Below, one piece after another: positions 38,501 through 52,409 of a stretch of 64,000 bases of DNA. The stretch lies in assembly GCA_036172245.1 (NCBI GenBank), contig JAYWIR010000046.1, forward strand, positions 372,001 to 436,000. Direction: 5' to 3'. The notes beneath the pieces are model-generated. The model made no database searches. It was not told the DNA's origin and saw only the letters and a list, made by a program, of their open reading frames with translations. Within the stretch, counting starts at the first letter, position 1, and each line of letters starts with the position of its first letter. This stretch comes from Raillietiella orientalis (lineage: Eukaryota). The translations under genes and the position numbers were made by a program.

Positions 38501-41500
38501 AATTCTTATCTGAGTTGCATACGCCTCAGTGCATTCCACTACTTTTCAAGAACTTGAACGCAGTCAATCTACCTCTACCCTTCTTGAGTTCGAGAGTCCT
38601 TCTCGAGTCTGATCCACTACATCATGAATTTACGATTATCCCTGATTAAATCCTTGTAACTCAGGTCACTCGACTAAATGCATGGGGATCAACGGCAAGT
38701 GCATGGGAATCGGAATGTCTGGAAATTGCCAACTGAGCCTTGTCATCTTCATTGGAGTCTTTTCTGTCATAATACGAAGGTACACTAATTGGGAGGTGGA
38801 GAACTCAGGTACATCCTCTTCGTTCGTTTCCTGCTTCCCAGTGTTTCACAGAGAATTTTTTTAATCTCAAAGCACCATTCCAAGCTGGATGACAGACCTC
38901 AAGTGTCAGTGTCATGAGAACGCTAGTCTTTGCAAACAATTCCCTTTGCTAGTGTTTGGCATAGTCATTGCGTTTTAGTCATTGCATACCAGCAATCACT
39001 TCTACCTTCCATGTTTGAAAAACTTCTTTTATTGTTGTCAGTCCTCAGGAAATGTTGCAGATTATTCTTCGGTAACCTCTCTTCAAAGTTTATTCGAAGT
39101 TCTTCGTCAGGTTTGGATTTAATCCGGACTCTCAACGGAAAAGAATTCCCTTTCAAGTTTCACTTTCCATATCCAGATGACAGCAAAAAGAATGACTCAG
39201 ACAATGACTACAAGAATAAGGCTACGTTCCCTTTCTGTAGCTGGACTTGTTTAACAGTTGGTACGAAGAGACAACCTGAATTGGCCCTCAGAATTATGAG
39301 CGCAATTCTATGAACTTCCCTGGAAAGAAAAAGGAGAAGCATTTAAAGAGGCATTTCTATTTTCATATTCTACTATGACCAATACAGCATGCTTGGAAAT
39401 TCCTTGGAAATCCTGACCAGCAATTCCCGAAAACTGCCGCTAGTCGATCAATATCCCGACGGTCGATACGATACTAGATCTCTGAGGGAATGGATTTTGT
39501 CATCAGAACCTTCCAGATCAACCAGTTGCATTAGAGATGGAAGTTACTTGAATCATGAGGTGCTTGCTTTGTATGGAATCAGCAAATCGCTCTTTAAAAG
39601 TCTGTCTCAGAAGAGCTTGCTGAAGAATCAACTGTTCTTTCTCTAACCTACTGCACTGTTGCTGAAACACCGTGAGCAGCTCTCAGTGATCTTCAAATCG
39701 CGAAATCAATTACCAATCGAATGATGATATTCAGCAGCGATCACGAAATTAGCTTATCCTTTGTACCACATATACGCGCACTGCAGTCTTCAATCCCAGC
39801 CACTTGAGTTTCGATTAAATTGTGATTGTGATTCCACCATCATTCTGACATGGTACTTTCGCTCTTCACCACATCCGGTGCCACCCGAGTTTGAACTCTA
39901 AGAAAACTCGAGAGCAGCTCGCCTTTCTTTAAGCTTCAAGGGCGCTCAGCAAATGTAGTAAGACCAAAACATCGCTGAGTGTCTCTTCCCGAAACGAATT
40001 TGTGCTAACCGAGAGGCTCAAGAAACATCTCATCGAAACAGTCGCGGATCGCAGAATTAAAGAAATTCGCGAGTTTACGGGACCTGCGCAAGCGAGCAGG
40101 CACACTTCGTTACTTCTTTCTCACATGCTATCTCTATAAACTCGTTGGAAAAACATCCCTCTGGATGAGCATGAAGTAACCAGAGCTAACGACGAAGAGC
40201 TTGTGGAGTATCTGGAGAAATCAGGAGAATGATCTTGGAAAGGTTGTGAAACATGCCCTGTTCCGCGTGGGCAGGACTCTGCAATCCCCCTTTTTGCTTG
40301 TGCACGAGATAATGGATTTTTGTTACTTGAAACTTTGTCTGAACTGCCATCGGGATCACTCTGAAGAGATGAAACTGCAAAATTCGTCAAGTTTTTCGAA
40401 CACTTTGGATAAGGGAAAGAGTTCTTCATCTCTTTGGTTGCAAAGTAAGCTTCTCATAATATGGGTTTCAAGTTCTTAGTTCCATCTATCAGTGGGTCAA
40501 TATTTTGTTTGAGAAACTTTCCTCTCTTCTTTTAACCAGATACTCATCAATATTCTGGAGTTCTTAGCATTCAGGAAACGATCGGTCTTCCCTTATTTAA
40601 TTTTGTCCTCTCACAACATCTTCAGCTCTTTCCAAAGTACTTTACTATTTGATCCCCACGACATCGTACGCATCACATTCCTCGTGTTTTTTTCTTATTT
40701 ATTCGACGAAAATACAATGTCCGGCACATCTAAGATGAGAAAGACGCTCAAAAATCTGTTGCTTGTTGCAAAGGTAGACCAAATAGGCGAATCACGTTTT
40801 TTGGAACTTTTACCATTCCATGACTATGAGAGGCATACGACAAGGGACCATCCCCCACAACGAACAGAACCTTTGTGAAATTCGTGCTTTTCTGCGCTCC
40901 CATACCTAACATCTTTTGCTTCTTCTTCCTCTTCTTCTTTTGGAAGATAAGCTCAAATAGTAATTAAATTCTGAATACATCCCAAACAATCTTCAGGTGG
41001 TTGATTCTTGTACACAATCAATAATTTCCTCATTCTATAAGGTGACACTTCTTCGATGCAGGCTTCAGGTAAATGCTCATTTATGACGAAGTGATGCCGT
41101 TGTGGTAATGCAGCTAATCTGCATGGGGCGAATCCATTTTCTGTGAATTATTCTTGAGACACATGCGTTTCGTTCTCTTCTGAATATTCTTCTCAATCGA
41201 GGTGAAACAAAGAAAAGTGACACCAGTTTGAATTAGAAAAATCTAAGAATCACTTTTTCCATTAGTAGGAGAGTTCTCTATGAAAGTTCTCACGGACCCG
41301 AATGGGAGGACTTGAAAGTTTTTTAAAGCCTAACCCATACACTCGAATAGTATCCGAATGCTCGTTTGTTTCCTTCTTTAGTTCGAACTTGCTGAGACTG
41401 AAGTTTCTCTGTCGAATGCTCTAAAATTCGACTTTGCTGAAAAACCGTCTTCGAGTTCCTTGCATGGAATTACCATCTGATCTGAGATACCCTCTGAAGG

Positions 41501-43329
41501 ATTCCTCGGCTGTAGAAATATTGGAATATGAGTTGGAAGATCTCAGTAAAACTGACCTCCAAAAGACATTTCCATGAGACTTTCCGAATTTTGTCGATTT
41601 CAGTTTCTTTTTAAACACCGATTCTGAGGTACAAAGACTTTTTCGACATTTTTTTTTCGCAACTGCCATAACCAGTGCTAGGTTTTGTTCCTTTTAAAGT
41701 TCACATGATCTAATGACATCCTTAAAAATTGCAACAGATGCATTGCAAAGAAAGAAATATTAATAACCCAATCCATAAGAACTGACCCTTGTTCTGATAA
41801 CATGTAACAGTTCAATACATTCAGAGGAAATTAATCATTCGTAAGAAAAAGCAGAATTCACGCGAGATGCCTTTGAAGCCTATTAATAATTCTTCACGTA
41901 TTCTTGAGTACCCTTGTGGATGCAACAACCAAAGATTGGCCTCTGTACTTGAAGATAGCTAAATCTGTAGCAGGATTAACGATGAAATCAGTATCAAACT
42001 TCTGTTAGCTCATTATTGATGCGTGTAGACCAAAATTAAACAGTGTGAAATTATCATTGTGAATACTACTGTGAAAGCATTCCTCTCTGGATCTCCAATT
42101 CCCAGAGCTTCTTGCTTCCAATTATCACTTTATGTGCATTAATTCCTTCTTCAGTTTTATTGCATGCATAAATCATATGAAAATTCTAAAGTGGTTGATG
42201 TGTAGGGAAGGGGTAATCTATTTGCAATTTAATCAGGAATCTTTCTCATTAAATCCTGATAGCGAGAATTTCAAATCATCAGCCATTTGGTGTCATGTGT
42301 TTCAGTTGTTTTTTGGACAAACTTTCAGATTCTGGTTGCGTACAAGAACGTCTTCGAGAGCTTCGTTCTAGAAACACACTTCTCAAACAAAGTTGTTTCT
42401 GGTGCAGGTGCACAGATTAAGATGATAATAGATGCAAGATCCACTCCCACATGCATTTTTTTTTTTAAAAAAAAAAAAACCTTTGTGAAAAAAATTCGAC
42501 GAAGGCAGAAACTGGAATGCAAACAACTCGATTGTCCAAACTACTAACGCTAAAAACGGATTGACGTGGAGCATCCTCTGCAAACTAATTTAAATGCGAG
42601 TATTATTCTCAGAGTCCCAAGACGATGAATCCTCATCTTTGGGAAATGGCTTTCAGAATGTAATTGCCCAAAAATAATAAATGAGTCGTAGTGCATGCCT
42701 TCCTGAATCAACCAATCATCTCGAAAGCAAACTATTTTGGATAAAAGGATCTTGTTCACAAATGCGTTCAAATGCTCTTCCGCCACCGCTTCCTTTGAGA
42801 ACCCCCAGCAGCGCAGCAAGTGCAGAAGTCACGAAAACAGGGAGGCGACCTGAATCAAGATTCACCAAAGCACGATGCAAAGCATGAGTTAAGATGAAGT
42901 TTTCTGAGAACTGTGTCTCCGTTTATCGGATGGTAACTGCTCTCCCTATTCAGGTTCTTGGATCATCAAAAATTACTACTCTACGATAGAGCAACTGAGC
43001 GTCGCTGCTTCCGAAAAGCACTTGATAAAGGCTGCTGGGTTCTGAATCTTCTAAGGTTTCACAGGGGCACTTTCGTCTCTGCGGACAGAGGCTTCATTTC
43101 ATGCACATCGATTCCGTTTCCATCCGCAGCAGAGTGGTGAGAAAAAGCCATCGACAGAGATGAATGTAGAAGAGTGTATCCTCTTGAGAGAGGTCGCACA
43201 AGCCCCTGTTGTTGCATGAACAAGCACGTTAGACCGTGACGTAGTCAAGGGATTCCAATTGAACTAATAGCCCATGGCTGACACCCATTCTGTGATTGAT
43301 CAGCATGAGACCAAAAATCAATCATCCAG

Positions 43330-43650
43330 AATGAATCTGAGGAGATGTTTGTTTATGAGACCACCTAAGTGAAATGCGGACTTTCATTCTGGGAGCTACA
43401 AGCCTTCTCCTCTTGTTGAGCTGGTGCAGCTCTTTTTCGATCCTGCCGATAACTCAAGATGACCTCTTGCAACATTCCTCATCCTCGACTTCGATGCGTA
43501 GAAAATTGGGAACTTTATCCAGCCGTATTTTCCCACTCCAAATGAGCCTCTGGTTTCTCTCTGACCTCCCTCGACACGATCGCCTACTCGTAGGACAATT
43601 ACTTCTAGATACAGGGAGATCGTCTAAATGAAAGACACTCATCCACACAG
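43330..43650 (-). mobile_element. Faint RTE-like RT-thumb remnant
   Basis: LIWSGKIRLDKVPNF...RIEKELHQL...MKVRI resembles LExVxxFxYLG...RIxKA...KxRL. Confidence 0.25.
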
Positions 43651-44049
43651 ACAGAAAACTCTTCCATTTGAAGTAGACAGAGGACAGTCGTCTTTAATCG
43701 CGTCGTTTCCGCCCACATCTCTCTCATGGTTCTCCCTTTGCGGATATGTTGAGAAGTGTGAAGAGGTGTTATGGAAACTATTCATACGGATCAGCTGACG
43801 GCAGTTGCTGAGAGCCGCACACCTTCGTGCTCGTACTGTGTCGCACAGTACTGTTTCTGTTCAGTGGTTCACCAATAAGTGTTCGTCCTCGAAACTGAAC
43901 TGCGGACGCTTTTCTCTTTGCTCATTGCATGTCACCAAGGAAACCATCCGTGGAGGCGAGTCAGGATTTCAATGCAAGGCTGGTTTTTCCTGCATCCCAT
44001 GACGAAGAGGAAAGAAAAAGAAAATAACCCACTGTCATTAGGCTCTTAG

Positions 44050-44700
44050 AAGCTAGGGGTGCTGAAGCTTCCCATTTCTGCTTCGGTCTGAAAGTTGGCT
44101 ACTCCTCTAGAATTCCAAGTTGTGCTCAAGTGTTCAAGGACTCTCTCCATGTGTGCGTTCTTTTGCTTTTTGTTCCCTTTGGTGCTGATTACAGTTGCTG
44201 CTTGGGAAGTTTCGAAAAAAAGCGAGAGAACTGCTACTTGCGTACCAGAATGGCTCAGGTTTCGTATCAGAACCAATCCGGGGAAAAGAAGCAGCAGTAT
44301 GCCAAAAGAGAGATAGAAGAATGATAGCTTGGTCGTGTTTTTCTCACTCTAAGAAAATACTAGAAAATTTACTTATTTACTGACATTATTAAAGCTGCTC
44401 AGGATACCAGACTCACGAAGCAGCGCGACTTCCATCCTTGTGTTAGTACTTTTTCCTTCGTCATCATGGGCATCGAGTTCAGCCGGAAGCATCGAGTCAA
44501 CATGTTCCCAAAGCAGAAGAAATGCAATGAGAACGCTCGCGTTTCTTCCAAACTTGACAGCCGACTTCCCAAGTCGATGCAAGTCTCTCCAAGCAATCTG
44601 ATTCCCGCTTTTCTCTCCCTGAACCAATGCATTGGCAAAAAGAGCAGGACTGTTTTTTTGTTTTTTTTTTTCACTCTCTCCCTCTCTCCCGCTCTCATTA
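44050..44700 (-). mobile_element. Faint L1-type C-terminal remnant
   Basis: ALVQGEKSGNQIAWRDLHRLGK...LIAFLLLW resembles FLWxG...VAWxxLCxPK...NxALLxKW. Downstream ERVLEHL resembles ETxEHL. Confidence 0.3.
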
Positions 44701-45201
44701 AGGATCACTCATTTTTTACAATCTTCGAGGGAGCCCCAACCTGGAGGTTGCTTCTCTCAGCATTAATGTAAATTGGAATTGGTTTTCGTTGGATGCGTTG
44801 AATAATCGAACGAATCCGCAGCGAATTCCCTGCCGCAATTCATGAGTCCATCTCAGCTTTGATTTTATTTCACATGTGATCAAGACGCGATGTCCTGGAA
44901 ACAAGTCTCGAAATCCTGCAGTGATGTCCTAAACATGCATACGAGATTCTTTGGAAATCTCCTTGCGCGGTGGGGGAAAGAAATAAGGATGTAGATGCAC
45001 GCCGATGTGTAAAATGCTTTCAAGAAGACAGTCGCACATGCTTACAACATACTCGAGACCACCACACAAGATGAATTCGAAACAAATATCCGACTTAGCA
45101 GCGAAAGGAACCATGGCATCCGACTCCTGCTCTGATGTTACCGGAGACGTGCATGTATTCGTCAGATTTGGATTCGTTGATACGTCTGTCAAACAATTTA
45201 G

Positions 45202-45410
45202 ATATATATATATATATACCTATGCTGGAAAAATCCACCACTTTGATCAAGAGATGGATCATGAGATGAGCACAATGTGTTTTTCAGCTGTTTGGATGTT
45301 GAACCTTGGGAGTATAATAGTTTCAACAGATGAGGAGCAACTACCAACAAATACTTCTATACAGTGTTTGGGAGTAGTAAAGATATACTGAATAGATATA
45401 TATATATATA
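45202..45410. repeat. Two (AT)n microsatellites (45202-45218 and 45396-45410)
   Basis: Read directly; both are preceded by TAG. Confidence 0.9.
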
Positions 45411-47417
45411 AATCCAGTGCACGTTTTTCAAGGCAAAAAATGCATTCTCCTAGCACATGAATAATGCTAAATTTTAATTAAGGTATGATGTCCAACAGAG
45501 TCGTCCAACAAAAACATACTCTGCTATTCGCTCTTTTTCATCATTTGGAACTCTGTGAACATGGTTGACTGAATCGAAAGTTGACACTGCACTGATGAGC
45601 ACTCATGAGCACAATACAAATCCTCTAGTCCGTGAATCATGATCAATGGACGATCCACCGCTATCATGCAGTTTTTGATTGAGCAAAACACATCGAAAAC
45701 CATTGGCGCATATTTAGTAAGATAGCTCTTCGGCTTAGGAACCATTCAGTACTACTTGATGCTCTCTACGAGTGTTGAGCATGGCCGGTCGATTCAGCTA
45801 TCAAAGCACTCCGTTCTTCCGACAAAATTGTGTCTAGAGAGTAGATACGATTTCGCTTAAAGACACAAACAGCGTCAGAATTCTTCAAGGTAGGATGACA
45901 TTACTAATCACACAGTGTTGTGTTTCCTTGGAGGGATTCTTTGGCAGCGGCAATTTTCTCGACCAGATGACTCATTGCTGTCGATTACTTAGCGATGAAT
46001 TTCTTCCTCTTCATATTAAATTAGGGCCATAAAACAGACAAGTCAGTTACCAATAGGCTGTCATCGATGACGACAGCAGTGTCGCAGAATACTTAACAAT
46101 AAAATGGATCGTTGCACTGGTGACGGATCCGTCATGGTATTATCATCTGTACCCCCCCATTCATACAAGCAGAACGGAGCAAATGATCGAGAGCACGGAA
46201 TTTCTGTAGCACAAGTTTAAAAATCCACGAAGGTTTCCACAAGAGCGACGAGTTCAATGATTTGCGCGCCACCCTCTCTCTCCGAAAGATCGGTGAGACT
46301 GTACGAAATTGATTTGTGAGGCTGGGAAAGATTTCTGTAAATCTTGGGGGAAAAATTCTTCCTTTTTGGCTGAAAATCTATTCAGTGTTTGCAGATGAAA
46401 GAGGATTCAGTGAAGAAAATTTGATCTTTGGAAGGACATATTGAAAGATCAGTTATTGACTTGAGCTGCGGTTTGGAATCGTTTGTTTTTCCCCCGTTTT
46501 CGGGGAATCTTTTACTCGCCACCTTATGTTTACTGTTTTAGAAATCAATAAAAGACATCGCGTTCATCGGCATTTGCAGTGGCTGGAAAACTCGTGAACA
46601 GTTGAGGAAAAAGCGTAGGAAACAGTTTTCTTCCCTCTTCATAAAGATTCGAAGTGGATGTTTCCTCTTCCACTAATTTGCACGAAAAGAAATGAATTCG
46701 TGCTGGTGAGAGACACAAAGAAGACAGCCGGATCGGTTGAGACGAGGAACCTGTGGTTTCCTTTGCGCGTCGCAAGCGGAATTCGAATAGACCTTTGATT
46801 TGCATCTTTTGCGTTTCTAACGGATCTCCTTCAACAAGCAGTGTTTGATACGAAGAACTCCTTTCTGTGTTCGTTTCTTGATCATTGGGCAACCACCGGT
46901 GATCTTTCGAGAACAAAAATCACTTGGCAATATCATGCTCATGCCTCAAGGAATTGAAACCAGGAGCGGAGAAGAAGTAGGATATAGGATAACGCCTGTT
47001 GCTTTCTACTGCTTCCGGGTTTGTCGCCAGCAACGCCAGTTCACCGAATTTTATGTTCAGTTGAACTTCGAAAATATCAAAGAGCTTGCCGACGTACGCC
47101 ACCAATCCGAACTTGCTTTTAGAAGTCCGTGAAACCAAGTTTGTGTCCTCAATGAATTGATATATCTAAACAAAATAGAAACTCTGTAGAGTCCTTTCCT
47201 GATGAATCCAGGAACTTGAATGCTGCATGATCAAGGAGGCAAGTGGAGATGCATCACGGATGCTCTGTTCTCTCTGAAATGTTGTGTTTAAGAAATGGGC
47301 AGCGGATCTGCCCATTTCTAATTCGGATCGAAATTCGAAAATGATTTTTGCAAATACGCAAGAGTTCTCTCTGTGCTTAAAAGGAATGCTGATAAAAATA
47401 ATTAATGATCTGATTGT

Positions 47418-47729
47418 AAATATAAACTCTGTAAAAGTGCTCTGATTTGTAACCTTAAAGAGGTTTATCAGTAGAGCACCCAGCACATAGTCTGTTTTCC
47501 TCGCACCCCATTCAAGCTCAAATAAATCATCTCAACTTCAATTGAGTATCCTTTGTAGTTTTGATCAGATGATTGCATCAAATAAAGTAGAAATCTATGG
47601 GTTTTTCAGATCTGCAGGACGGCAAAAGTGATATTCGTAAATTTGTAACTTTGTAATGCATTTTTATTTATATACTAATTGTAATGAACGAGATTTTTAT
47701 CCTGAGAATCTCATCCATGTACGCGGTTT
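47418..47729 (+). repeat. 312-bp duplication, copy 1, flanked by 22-bp direct repeats (47394-47415 and 47734-47755)
   Basis: Identical by eye to 49199-49510. AAAAATAATTAATGATCTGATT lies on both sides. Confidence 0.95.
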
Positions 47730-49198
47730 TACAAAAAATAATTAATGATCTGATTCCTTTACAAATCACTCCAAATACAAATAAACTGAAATTTTAAACA
47801 TTATTTGAAGATTGGATTGGATGCACCCGGAGTGTCAATGATGCACTCTTCCTGGATCGTCAAGTTTTGATCGCCGTAGTACACACTAGTGGGATCCCGT
47901 AGAAACTTTGGAAGCGTCTGTTAGGGTATTGAGATCACTCAAGGACCGTGGTCAATTCACCTTTCACTCGTTTTTCTCTATTCTTTACCATCTCTTCATT
48001 GATAAACACCCCTAACGCTTGTGTCTTTCTGGTTAGGTTCCTTTCAACAGCCAAGACTCTACTTTTCAGAGCAGAATAGTCGAATCGCAACCCGCAACTT
48101 CCCTCTAAATCTGAACTAATCTAGATGAAACTAATTAACACATCTTTAAAAATTTCCATCACAGAGAGCTGCAGGTGGAAAACCTGTTCATTAGCTAATT
48201 CTAATGATCAGCTGTGGAGTACCCGAGAAACGACTGAGTGTAAACAACTGTCGACTACGCTTTATTGAAACCATTTAATTGCTCTGCAAATTGATTTTTT
48301 CTCCCAAGTAAAAAAGATAAAAGCGGCATGCTGAAATCTTATAATCAGGATCTTGCTTTCATACTTGTAATAACAAGATCTTCATTATAAGATCTAACAG
48401 GAGATGAGAGAGGCTTTTGTTTTGCTGTTAGGATATCCGGGATGCACACATGCAGCTCTTTACTGGATTCAAGTTCACTGGGAAAAACCAAACTCACACA
48501 ATCTGCTGGCTTCCTCTTGACGCACTTTTGTTTGAGCACTCTATTGCAGTCAAGTCTGTGAACTCGTGAACCAGAGCAACAGCAGTTAACACTGCACAGC
48601 AACTAATTCGGCTCAGAGTGTTCCAGCTGGGCTATAAGACTACATCGCTGCGGTCAACCTTATAGTGTAAAGAAGAGCTCATGGTGTACGAAATAGATCG
48701 GACTATTACTATGACATTTGTAAGGCGTAGACAGAGAGACTACACTCTGAAAATCCAAAGAAAACTAGGAAGAACAAAAGCATATGAATTTGCTAAACAC
48801 TTTGAAACGACTCAAATCGGTGCTGGAATCCTTGGAAACCTTCGACGCAAATCGAAATTTCCAAGAATTCCTTCCAGAATTCATCACTAGAAACGAATTA
48901 CCTAATCGCCGTTGCTGCCAAGTGCTCCAAAGCAAATTTAGAATGCACGTTAATCACCTTCAAAGCTTTCTGTATCCTATATCCTCACATTCTAAGGAAA
49001 TCTATCCAGTACAACAAAATCGATGTCCTGATGACTCAGGGAGTGTCTTAGTGCTTGATTGCTTAGCTTATTTAACAGACACAAGCCATAGCGCCTTTCG
49101 TGACAAAAGTGTCAAGCATAGATATGGTGTGAATTGGATTGTTCCCGAATTGCCTGCAGCGAGTTGTCGTGGGATCATATTTCTGCTTTTCTATTCCC

Positions 49199-49510
49199 AA
49201 ATATAAACTCTGTAAAAGTGCTCTGATTTGTAACCTTAAAGAGGTTTATCAGTAGAGCACCCAGCACATAGTCTGTTTTCCTCGCACCCCATTCAAGCTC
49301 AAATAAATCATCTCAACTTCAATTGAGTATCCTTTGTAGTTTTGATCAGATGATTGCATCAAATAAAGTAGAAATCTATGGGTTTTTCAGATCTGCAGGA
49401 CGGCAAAAGTGATATTCGTAAATTTGTAACTTTGTAATGCATTTTTATTTATATACTAATTGTAATGAACGAGATTTTTATCCTGAGAATCTCATCCATG
49501 TACGCGGTTT
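49199..49510 (+). repeat. 312-bp duplication, copy 2 (probable donor, no flanking duplication)
   Basis: Same sequence as 47418-47729 at a constant offset of 1781 bp. Confidence 0.95.
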
Positions 49511-52409
49511 ATGTTGACTTCTTTAACATTCTGTCTTTGGAGTCAGGAAGTGATGATTTATGTCAGGAAGAAACCGGGGTGAATTATCCGAAAAGTCGTT
49601 TCATCGAGATAAGTATGAGCGGAAATTACTTGATGAGAGAAAGCATTTTAGAATTCTCTTTGGGATACAAAGAATCAAGCACAATCTCTAACCACACTGC
49701 ATTCGACGCAATCTAGTTGGTATGGCGATAAAATCTCGAAGTCCATTTTTTTGTGAGGCTGCGTGGCTTCTCACAAATTTTGTTCGACTGGTAAGTGCGC
49801 TTCTGAAACGTCGAAACCTTCAGTTAAGCAATCAATAAACTTAGATATTTATCTTGGATGATACTGGAGGACACTATTTAACGTCATTTAGAAGAATTAC
49901 TGTTCTCATTTTCCAAAACAGCGAGGAGAAAGCATTTCTCTTCGTGGATCCGTGCCTCTCCGAATTTGACAGGATAAAACCATGGAGACAGATGTGTAGG
50001 ACACATTTTTCTTTCTAGCCCTCAAAAATGACAAAAAAAACGAAATTCTTTGAGAGTAAGTTCTCTGTTTTGCCATCAGAATTTATCAGTTTCTTCTTAG
50101 AAGAAGTCTGATTAAAATTCCATTCTGTATTTGTGGAAATCAAAGTAAATAAATCGCAAAATTTTATCGCATCTTCAAAATGGAATTTGCTATCTTATGA
50201 CCATGCTTCCTTTCCATTTCCACTTCTTTCTTATCCATTTCTTATCTTTGTTTCCGTTCTTTTTTTTTTTCATTTTTGTTTTGTACTTCTTGTCTGAGGA
50301 TCTCATCAATAAATTTGTTCTGGAAATTGTATTTTCGGGCGAGAACCTAAGTGTTGGAAAGAAGAAACCTGAAAATCCATCGATTACGTTTTCGACTTTC
50401 AGAACTGAAAACCAACCGATTGTTTGCAGATCACCTCCAAGGGATTCAGGAATGCATGAGCATCCTATGGGAGTACTAGAAATCATTTGAAAGAGCATAC
50501 TCTAAGAACAAAGTGAATCGAAAAAAGATGAGGACCTAATTGTTCCGTGGCAACTTATGGGCGGACCCAAGTGGATGAGTTGGAGCAAAATGTGCGATGC
50601 TTCACCTTCACAGACCCTTTGTGGACAGCAGCAAGCGAAAAAAACTTGCCGAACGGTGCGCTGTTCTTTGTGAATTCGATTCCTGAACTCCCTAAAGCGT
50701 TTATCTCAAATTAACGTGAGTTTCCACTGCACTCTCTCGGCTTGATGAACTTGGTGAAATTCTATTTGTGCTCACTCGAACAGGAATTCCACTCAGCTCT
50801 ATAACCAGACATGAGCATCCGTATTGAGGCCACGAATCTCAGTAGTTCCACGCAAGATTCACAGGAATCACAGAGATATTAGGTAAATACAAATACCAAT
50901 CGAAGTAAAAGCCGCTACAGATGTCTCAAGTTTCGATTACGGGAAAGTAATGCATAGGAAACATCTTGTCTCCCTAAAATTTGATTTTCGAACTTATTTG
51001 CGGAGCTGAATTCCCATGAAACTGGAAAAAAGCAAAGCAGCCGCAACAGTGGCACAAATTGAGGTGGCACAGCACTTTGCTATAGTTCTCTCAACAGACT
51101 CTTTTCTGTGCGACTTGCGGAACACCTTAGAGGGTAGAACCGTCCATGGAATTGCACATCGTTCTCGCTCCAGAATCGTTGCAATCCTTCTCTCTTTGGG
51201 TTTTAGCAGACCTCTCTGAACGTGGAGAATGGATGCTTTTTTCATAACGCACTGGAGATCTACTCCTCGTGCGGGTGGTTAGGAAGCAAAAGAATTAAAG
51301 ATCTGAAAAGCCCTCCCAACCTAGGAGACGACATAGGGCTTCCACGTTCCATCAGCATAGTGGGTGGAAGGAAGGCGCGAAGAACGCGAGTTCTTCGATA
51401 AATACGCAAGAGAACTTATGTTTAGATGTACTGGATGGACTGCGCCTACAGGGATGTGCGGCAGTCTAAAACAGTGATGCATGTATCTCGAAAGCTCCGG
51501 AGGAGAAAAAAAAAAAAGAAGCAAAAAGAATTCTAACATCTCATTTGATGAAGTGCGGAGATTTTTTAGAACGTTGAGAGCTTCCCTCTGACTGAATCTT
51601 CAAATCTCACACTGCATTTTGAAACACTTTTGTTAATGTAATGAATTGAGATAGTCCAAGAAGGATCTCGAAACAAAGAAAATGAAAGCAGTGCGGAAAC
51701 GAATCGCCTTGCTCTTCCGTAAGATCGAGTAATTGTGGATGGCGAGTTGATGAGGAAAGGGAGTCTGGGTGTGAGGCGGAAGGGAATTTCATTCCCCAAT
51801 CCCATGGAAACAACAATCGCTCCTCTTTTTTTGTACAGAATCTAGTTTTTTTCTTTCGATATTCAAAGACGTCTCCGGGTCAAAATGCCCTCAAACAGTT
51901 ACTATCTGTCTTTAGAGTCAGTCATTTAGAGTCAGTCACCTAACTCTTTGTCTTCTATTGTGTCCTGGTCATCATCGAGTTAGTTGGCCTGCATAGGCTC
52001 GACAATGGGTTTTCCGGATAATCTCGAAATTGTACCACCCCTACTTCAAGGTGTCTGATATCAGTGCTCAGGTTCCTTGGGCCGATATGGAATTCCAACA
52101 AGAACTATGACCTTTTTCGCTTCGCCAGCTCTCAAGTTTGGGGCATCTGACAAAAGAGTAGAGAGTAAGACAGCGTCTTTGTCTTGTGGTTCTCATATCG
52201 GCCACCGCAGACTCAATGAAAAACACGTGTTCCCATCATTCCAATTCTTCTCTTGACCATGAACTCCTTTTAGAACGATGCTCTCATTGAAGAAGGTCCA
52301 TTTGAACAGTGATCTTCTGATTGCACACCCAACAAGAAATGGAGAGCAAGTTCTTTGTGATTGCCCAACTCTGAAACGATCTTCCTGCACCTATCATAGG
52401 GATTTGAAA

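Noticed and set aside
47418..49510. 312-bp direct repeats as LTRs of a TRIM or LTR element
   Set aside because: No TG...CA ends, PBS, PPT or 4-6 bp TSD around the pair; the 22-bp duplication flanks the left copy only.
51911..51938. 14-bp tandem duplication TTTAGAGTCAGTCA (similar 12-bp case at 21679-21704)
   Set aside because: Ordinary slippage; two units only, with no spacer array.
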